A stretch of 64,000 nucleotides of DNA from Eledone cirrhosa (lineage: Eukaryota): NCBI GenBank assembly GCA_964016885.1, contig OZ024745.1, forward strand, positions 85,560,001 to 85,624,000, written 5' to 3'. A program made the translations under genes and the position numbers. Positions 56,285 to 64,000 of this stretch are shown here, one piece after another; position 1 is the first letter of the stretch; every line of letters starts with the position of its first letter. The notes under the pieces are model-generated. The model searched no databases. It had not been told where the DNA came from and worked only from the letters and a program-made list of their open reading frames with translations.

Positions 56285-58626
56285 TCCACCGTCCAATATA
56301 CAAACCTAATGTCATTTCTCCTGTCCATCCGTTTGACGCTATGGATTTCCACAATGCAAACTGGGAAGCGATCAGTCATGATCTTGCACATGTCGACTGG
56401 TCCTTCACGCACACTCATACACCCACTAACATCAAAAAGTCCTGGCAGACATTTGTGGACACTGTTACAAACATATGTGCTAAACACACCCCATTAAGAA
56501 CTATAAACAAATCTAAGAGCAGAATCCCTAGAAATAGAAAAACGCTCATCAGAAAAATTAAGAGAACGAACAAAAAAAATCAACAATCTGAAATACTGTC
56601 AGCAGCAACACATCAACTTGACTGCCATTTCATCACTAGAGATTAAAAAACATAACCTCCAAAACAACATAATGTCCCTCATCAACAATCAGAGAAGAGC
56701 TGAAGAGGTCTGGGCCATTGAGAAGATCAAACTCAATCCCAAAGTGTTCTTTTCATTTGCAAAAAAACACAAAATCACTGGCTCTACTGTTGGCCCTCTA
56801 ATTGATGAAAATGGCACTCTTCAAGACAATGCTAAAACCATGGGTGAGATACTGCAGAAACAATACTGCTCTGTTTTCAGCAATCCTGATATGGCCGATC
56901 TGGGCTGTATCGGCGATGTTACTCCCCATTACACCTTATCGGACATAACGTTTGGCGCCCCTGATGTCTTGGCGGCAATAAAGGAAATCAAGCATAATTC
57001 AGCAGTAGGTCCCGATAGGTTCCCTGCTTGTGTCTTGAAGGCGTGTCAACACCAACTTGCTTCTCCTCTTGCCAATCTGTGGCGGAACTCACTGGATGCT
57101 GGATATGTGCCAGAAAACCTTCTATCCCAGTCTGTTGTCCCAGTTTTCAAAAAGGGAAACAAATCCCTTGCCGTGAATTACCGTCCAATCTCACTCACCT
57201 CTCATATCATTAAGGTATTTGAGCGAGTGGTGAGATCGCGAATGACCCACTTCCTTGAGAGTAACAATATGCTGAACTCCAACCAGCATGGATTCCGTAA
57301 TGGAAGGGATTGCCTGACGCAACTACTGCATCACTTTGATGACATTTTGAGAGCCTTGGGAGAGGGTTCCAACACTGATGTTATCTACCTTGATTTCAGC
57401 AAGGCCTTTGACAGGGTTGATCATAACATTCTACTGAGAAAGCTGTCCAATATTGGTGTCACTGGAAAGCTGCTGCAGTGGATCAAGAGCTTCCTGTCAA
57501 ACAGAACCCAACATGTTGTAGTTGAGGGAGTCAAATCAAGCCCAGCCAAAGTCAGTAGTGGAGTCCCACAAGGCACTGTGTTGGGCCCACTTCTCTTCAT
57601 CATCTATATTAATGACATCACTGACATCATCAAACACAGCAACATTAAAATTTTCGCTGATGATTCCAAGCTCCAAAAGGTCATCAATGGCGTGGATGAC
57701 CGGATAAGCCTTCAGTCAGACCTACTGGCTGTTACCCAATGGGCAGAAAAGAACAACATGTTACTGAACGAAGACAAATTCGAACTGATCCACTTTGGAA
57801 AAGAGGATGCTCTGAAACTCCCGTACTCCCTTCCCTCCGGGGAAACTCTCGTGGCATCTAACAACATCAGAGACTTGGGAGTAACCGTGGACAGCAACAT
57901 AAGCTGGACCACGCATATAAGCAGCAAAGTTGACATGGCCCGCAGAATGTGTTCCTGGATCCTCAGAACCTTCCAGTCGAGAGATTCCCGCACCATTATC
58001 CTTCTCTTCTCTACTTTCGCCCGACCACACCTTGAATACTGTTGTCCACTGTGGTCTCCCCACACGAAACAAAGTATCATGAAACTTGAAGCTCCTCAAA
58101 GGGCAATCACGAAAAAGATAGATGGCATGTCAGACCTTGACTACTGGGGTCGATTGGAAAACCTGAAACTTTACTCACTCCAACGTCGCCGTGAGCGTTA
58201 TATTATCTGCATGATGTGGAAAATGTTCCATCATCACTGCCCAAATGATGTTGGCATCGCCTTCAAGATACACCCAAGGCTTGGGCCCCGTGCTATCCGT
58301 CCCATTCAAAAATCTAAATCGCAACTCATAACAACAATACGGCACAATTATTTCACCTCAATCGGCCCTGCTCTCTTCAACATCACACCAGGACACGTCA
58401 AAACAGAAACTGACCCACACAAAATTCAAGAAGTCTTTGGACAAATTCCTCCAAGTAATCCCGGACAAACCACCCACACCCGGATATGTCTCCGCAAACA
58501 GTAATTCTCTTCTCGAATGGGCCATGGTGCCCAAATCCTGAATTGAAAGACTTCGCCAGGTGGTGCTATTAAGTTAGACATGGCCTGGGCCAATACTGGC
58601 CAAAACATTTCAAAGTTATTCAAAGT

Positions 58627-58628
<2 letters not shown>
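56285..58628 (+). mobile_element. 5'-truncated CR1-group LINE (ORF2 RT, 56618-58504, frameshifts near 56575 and 58415)
   Basis: GPD, VVPVFKKG..NYRPISLTS, QHGFR, YLDFSKAFD, SGVPQGTVLGPLLF, FADD, RPHLEYC. 3' short repeat tcaaagttat x2. Confidence 0.92.
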
Positions 58629-58659
<31 letters not shown>

Positions 58660-58743
58660 ATACACACAGTCAGACACTTATGCACATATATACACATACA
58701 TACACACATCTCTACAAATACATATACATACACATACATACAC

Positions 58744-58779
<36 letters not shown>

Positions 58780-59074
58780 ACTCATACACACATATTTACA
58801 TGCGCACATATGTATTTTTATACTCACATACAAACACACAAACATACATACACACTTACATACACATACATACATCCACGCTTACAAATACGAATAATTA
58901 TTGGGGGGGGGGGAGGGGGATTAAAATTATTAGTGGGAAATAGTAAATATAGGTTTCAAGGAACATAGAATATTAATCTGCAGTTAAATCATAATATGTG
59001 TTTACATAGTTGTGTCAGTATTAGGAAATGGTATTTGTAAGAAAGAAGGCTAAATTATGTATTTTAATATAAGT

Positions 59075-59975
59075 AGACTATTAATTATAGGTTAATTAAA
59101 GTAAAAATAGTTAATATATTAATTTCTAAGGTGTATACTACTCTAGGTTTATAATATTTCAAAGCGGAATTTTGAAGTTTAAACAGTAGTAGAGTATTAA
59201 TTATAGCATAACTAAATTAAAATAATTACATATATTAACATGATGGTATCAATTTTAGGAAATGAATTTTGTAATAGGGAAAGCCAAATTAAGTATTTCA
59301 TCGGTAGTAGAATATTAATTATAGGTTAACTAATTAAAAATTATATATTAATTTCTATAGTATATGTTAATTAGGTTTATAATAATTAAAGCAAAATTTT
59401 GTATTTTATCTATAGTAGAATATAATTATAGGTTAACTAAATTAAAATTAATCTATATATTTATTTGTAAAGAGTATATTAATTAGGTATATATTTAAAA
59501 GTTTTTCTCAGTTTATGATTACAAGATATTCTGCAATCCATCTGTATTAGAATTTTAATTATAAGCTAACTAAATTAAAATTATAGGTTAACTAAATTAA
59601 AATTAATTTATAAATTAATTTCTAAATTGTATATTAATTAGGTTTATAATATTAAAAAGTATTTCTCCGTTATTAATTACACGATATTTTGTTGTGTTTC
59701 ATCTGTAAAGGAATTTTATTAAAAGGTTAAATAAACTAAAATTAATCTATATATTAATTTCCAAAGTATATATTAATTATGTTAATAATATTTAAATGTT
59801 TTTCACAGTTTATGATTATACGATATTTTTTAATTTCATCTGTAGTAGAATTTTAATTAAATTAAAATTATAGGTTAACTACATTTAAATTAATTTATAT
59901 ATTAATTTCTAAAATATATATTATTAATTAGGTTTATAATATTTAAATGTTTTTCTCAGTTTATGATTACACGAT
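59075..59975. repeat. Degenerate AT-rich tandem repeats (~100-150 bp period)
   Basis: Recurrent attataggttaactaaattaaaatta..atattaatttctaa. Confidence 0.7.
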
Positions 59976-60640
59976 ATAATTAATTCCTGTCGCTTATTTA
60001 ATAGGATATCCTTAGATTTCATAATTTCATCTACATATTTAAATATTATAAACCTAAGTAGTATACACCTTAGAAATTAATATATTAACTATTTTTACTT
60101 TAATTAACCTATAATTAATAGTCTACTTATATTAAAATACATAATTTAGCCTTCTTTCTTACAAATACCATTTCCTAATACTGACACAACTATGTAAACA
60201 CATATTATGATTTAACTGCAGATTAATATTCTATGTTCCTTGAAACCTATATTTACTATTTCCCACTAATAATTTTAATCCCCCCCCCCAATAATTATTC
60301 GTATTTGTAAGCGTGGATGTATGTATGTGTATGTATATGTATTTGTAGAGATGTGTGTATGTATGTGTATATATGTGCATAAGTGTCTGACTGTGTGTAT
60401 TTATTTATATATATATATATATGTGTGTATGTATGTCTCTATATATATGTATGTCTGAGTGTGTGTGTGTGTGTGGTTGTGTATATATACATGGGTACGT
60501 GTGTGTGTATGTATATATATGTATATATATATGTATGTGTGTGTATATGTATGTGTGTATATATATATATATATATATGTATGTATATGTATATATGTAT
60601 GTGTGTGTACATATATGTATATATGTGTGTTGTATGTATG

Positions 60641-60739
<99 letters not shown>

Positions 60740-61212
60740 TGTATTTATATGTATGGGTATATGTTTTACTTGTTTTTATGTATATGCATACAAACAGGTT
60801 AATATGCGTGAGGTTAAGTATGTGTATGTGTGTGTATGTACGTATGTATGTATCGAACGTATGGATGTGTAAATGTGCGTATGTATATAAGCATGTATAT
60901 TTTATGTCTCTCTTTTATGTTTTTTATGTTTTTTATATTTCTTTTGTGAGACATTCGCGTCTGTGTATGTACGTACAACCCCCCCCCCCCCTTATTTTTT
61001 GTTCCCCCGTTTTTAAGTTTTTTCCTTCTATAAATAATTTTTTTTTATTTCTACCTTTATAGATACATTTTTATAAATATGCCGAGTTTGACACTCTCCT
61101 TTAATTACTTACTCCCTTACCCCCTTTAATTCTGCATCTAAATGTAAGTGTGTTGGGCGTGTTTATGTGAGCGCCTCAATATCCATATAGTTATAATAAT
61201 AATATATACGTA

Positions 61213-61243
<31 letters not shown>

Positions 61244-61594
61244 TCGTATGTGTATGTGTGTGTTTATGTATATATGCGTGTGTGTGTGTATGCATGTATG
61301 TATATGTGTGTATATATGTATGTATATATATATGTATATGTATGTATATTTGTCTGTAGATTATAGACATACAGATACATTAGCCCTAAATTTTTATATT
61401 TACATACACTTTTTCAACATGCGTATGCATATGAACGTACAATTTTATGCATATCTGTGAACAAATTTACTTACATATATACACACACCTAACTGTATTT
61501 TCTTGATGAATTTTTATGTATTTCATTGGTCTATTTAAAATCTGTTCCCAAACAGACCTGTAATTTTGAATTTTGTTATTATCAGTAAATATAC

Positions 61595-61737
61595 TTCATT
61601 ATTTCTGAAGACAGCATATATATGTGATGGTATGTATATTCTCCTTGATAGTTTGTATACTTTTGTACATAGATCTTTTGAATATGCATGCCAATTCTAA
61701 CACATATATGTCCTAGAAACGATCGTAAAATAATGAA
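61595..61737 (+). ncRNA. Hammerhead ribozyme with ~105-nt stem II
   Basis: ttcattattt-CTGAAGA-..catatatatgtg..cacatatatg..-GAAA-cgatcg-TA-aaataatgaa (perfect 10-bp stem I). Confidence 0.75.
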
Positions 61738-61944
61738 CTTTTTTTGTTTAATATAAGGAACTGTTTCTTTGTTTTATTCATTATTTTTTTTAATATTTTA
61801 TATTATATTATATATATATATATATTATATATTATTTTATATATATATATATATTATATATATATTATATTATATATATATATATTATATATATATTATA
61901 TTATATATATATATATTATATATATATATTATATATATATATAT

Positions 61945-61975
<31 letters not shown>

Positions 61976-62078
61976 ATATCATATATATATATATTATATA
62001 TATATTACATTATATATATTATATATATATATATTATATATATATATATATATAATATATATATATATTATATATATA

Positions 62079-62122
<44 letters not shown>

Positions 62123-62393
62123 GGAAAAAAAATGAAACGAAATTTCATTTCTCACTCTTAGTACGGCTGTTACTTAAATATAAGTATGTATACGCACATA
62201 CATATATATATACATACGTACAGTAGTATGTATACATATACATACATGCACACATATATACATGTACGTATGGATTTACCGAGCATTTATTATAATGCTC
62301 GGTTTGTTTGTAAACAAACATCCCGAATCAAGCGTTAATATGCATAAGGAAAGTATATACTTTGAGACGTTCAATCATCTGACAGGAAGGTAT

Positions 62394-62436
62394 ACGGTGC
62401 TGACGATAGCTAATAAGCTTGAAACTAGTACAGCGT
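62394..62436 (+). ncRNA. Minimal hammerhead ribozyme, unit 1
   Basis: acggtg-CTGACGA-tagctaataagctt-GAAA-ctag-TA-cagcgt. Confidence 0.8.
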
Positions 62437-62822
62437 TCCTTTGTCAGTGTTGAACAAAAGGGCAACGTTGGTTGCTAAACACTGTACGGCTTAATTCGGG
62501 ATGTTTGTTTACAAACAAACCGAGCATTATAATAAATGCTCGGTAAATCCATACGTACATGTATATATGTGTGCATGTATGTATATGTATACATACTACT
62601 GTACGTATGTATACATATATGTATGTGCGTATACATACTTAAATTTAAGTAACAGCCGTACTAAGAGTGAGAAATGAAATTTCGTTTCATTTTTTTCCAT
62701 TTATCGTTTTCGGTGCGCCCGGCCGATTAACTCACTCGATATGTAAATTAGGCTGCTCAGCCGTTAATATGCATAAGTAAAGTATATACTTTGAGACGTT
62801 CAATCATCTGGCAGGAAGGAAT

Positions 62823-62865
62823 ACGGTGCTGACGATAGCTAATAACCTTGAAACTAGTACATCGT
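62823..62865 (+). ncRNA. Minimal hammerhead ribozyme, unit 2
   Basis: acggtg-CTGACGA-tagctaataacctt-GAAA-ctag-TA-catcgt. Confidence 0.78.
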
Positions 62866-63249
62866 TCCTTTGTCAGTGTTGAACAAAAGGGCAACGATGG
62901 TTCCTAACACTGTCTGACTTAATTCGGCATGTTTTTTACAAACAAAGCGAGCATTATAATAAATGCTCGGTAAATCCATGCGTACATGTATATATGTGTG
63001 CATGTATGTATATGTATACATAGTACTGTACGTATGTATACATATATCTATGTGCGTATACATACTTATATTTAAGTAACAGCCGTACTAAGAGTGAGAA
63101 ATGAAATTTCGTTTCATTTTTTCCCATTTACTGTTTTCGGTGCGCCCGTCCGATTAACTCACTCGATACGCAAATTAGGCTGCTCAGCCGTTAATATGCA
63201 TAAGTAAAGTATATACTTTCAGACGTTCAATCATCTGGCAGGAAGGTAT

Positions 63250-63292
63250 ACGGTACTGACGATAGCTAATAAGCTTGAAACTAGTACATCGT
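63250..63292 (+). ncRNA. Minimal hammerhead ribozyme, unit 3
   Basis: acggta-CTGACGA-tagctaataagctt-GAAA-ctag-TA-catcgt. Confidence 0.75.
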
Positions 63293-63677
63293 TCCTTTGT
63301 CAGTGTTGAACAAAAGGGCAACGATGGTTGCTAACACTGTACGACATAATTCGGGATGTTTGTTTACAAACAAACCGATCATTATAATAAATGCTCGGTA
63401 AATCCTTACGTACATGTATATATGTGTGCATGTATGTATATGCATACATACTACTGTACGTATGTATACATATATCTATGTGCGTATACATACTTATATT
63501 TATGTAACAGCCGTACTAAGAGTGAGAAATGAAATTTTGTTTCATTTTTTCCCATTTACTGTTTTCGGTGCGCCCGGCCGATTAACTCACTCGATACGCA
63601 AATTAGGCTGCTCAGCCGTTAATATGCATAAGTAAAGTATATACTTTCAGACGTTCAATCATCTGGCAGGAAGGTAT

Positions 63678-63720
63678 ACGGTACTGACGATAGCTAATAA
63701 GCTTGAAACTAGTACATCGT
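63678..63720 (+). ncRNA. Minimal hammerhead ribozyme, unit 4
   Basis: Same as unit 3. Confidence 0.75.
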
Positions 63721-64000
63721 TCCTTTGTCAGTGTTGAACAAAAGGGCAACGATGGTTGCTAACACTGTACGACTTAATTCGGGATGTTTGTTTACAAACA
63801 AACCGAGCATTATAATAAATGCTCGGTAAATCCTTACGTACATGTATATATGTGTGCATGTATGTATATGTATACATACTACTGCACGTATGTATACATA
63901 TATGTATGTGCGTATACATACTTATATTTAAGTAACAGCCGTACTAAGAGTGAGAAATGAAATTTCGTTTCATTTTTTTCCTTTTATCGTTTTCGGTGCG

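Larger units (their letters stand above)
54968..61797. repeat. Large inverted repeat: arms 54968-56284 plus 58630-59160 versus ~60036-61797, around an AT-rich spacer
   Basis: The same microsatellite-rich sequence appears on opposite strands (ORF-track duplicates at 55702 minus and 60421 plus). Confidence 0.9.
62120..64000 (+). repeat. Tandem array of a ~428-bp HHR-containing unit (at least 3.9 units, runs off the window), preceded by a ~210-bp inverted piece
   Basis: HHR cores at 62400, 62829, 63256 and 63684 (spacing 429, 427, 428). Confidence 0.92.

Overview
AT-rich, gene-free eukaryotic repeat region, most likely from an octopus or other cephalopod (inferred from the SINE types and the (TA)n/(CA)n microsatellite load). 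It is a dense cluster of Penelope-like retroelements (PLEs; RT plus C-terminal GIY-YIG endonuclease), with about 11 coding copies or fragments and many solo or fold-back pseudo-LTR (pLTR) remnants, nearly all ending in (TA)n tracts. By eye I found about 30 type-I hammerhead ribozyme (HHR) motifs, intact or degenerate, from about 10 unrelated sequence families. They include a conserved U4C core variant and one with a ~105-nt stem II. The most notable feature is a non-coding ~428-bp tandem array with one minimal HHR per unit (retrozyme-like). The window also holds a near-identical 617-bp tandem array, a non-autonomous Helitron, a 5'-truncated CR1-type LINE, three tRNA-SINEs and a ~7-kb inverted-repeat structure. 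No host genes were recognised. Most ORF-track entries are microsatellite translations. All structures and boundaries were read by eye and no folding or database search was run.
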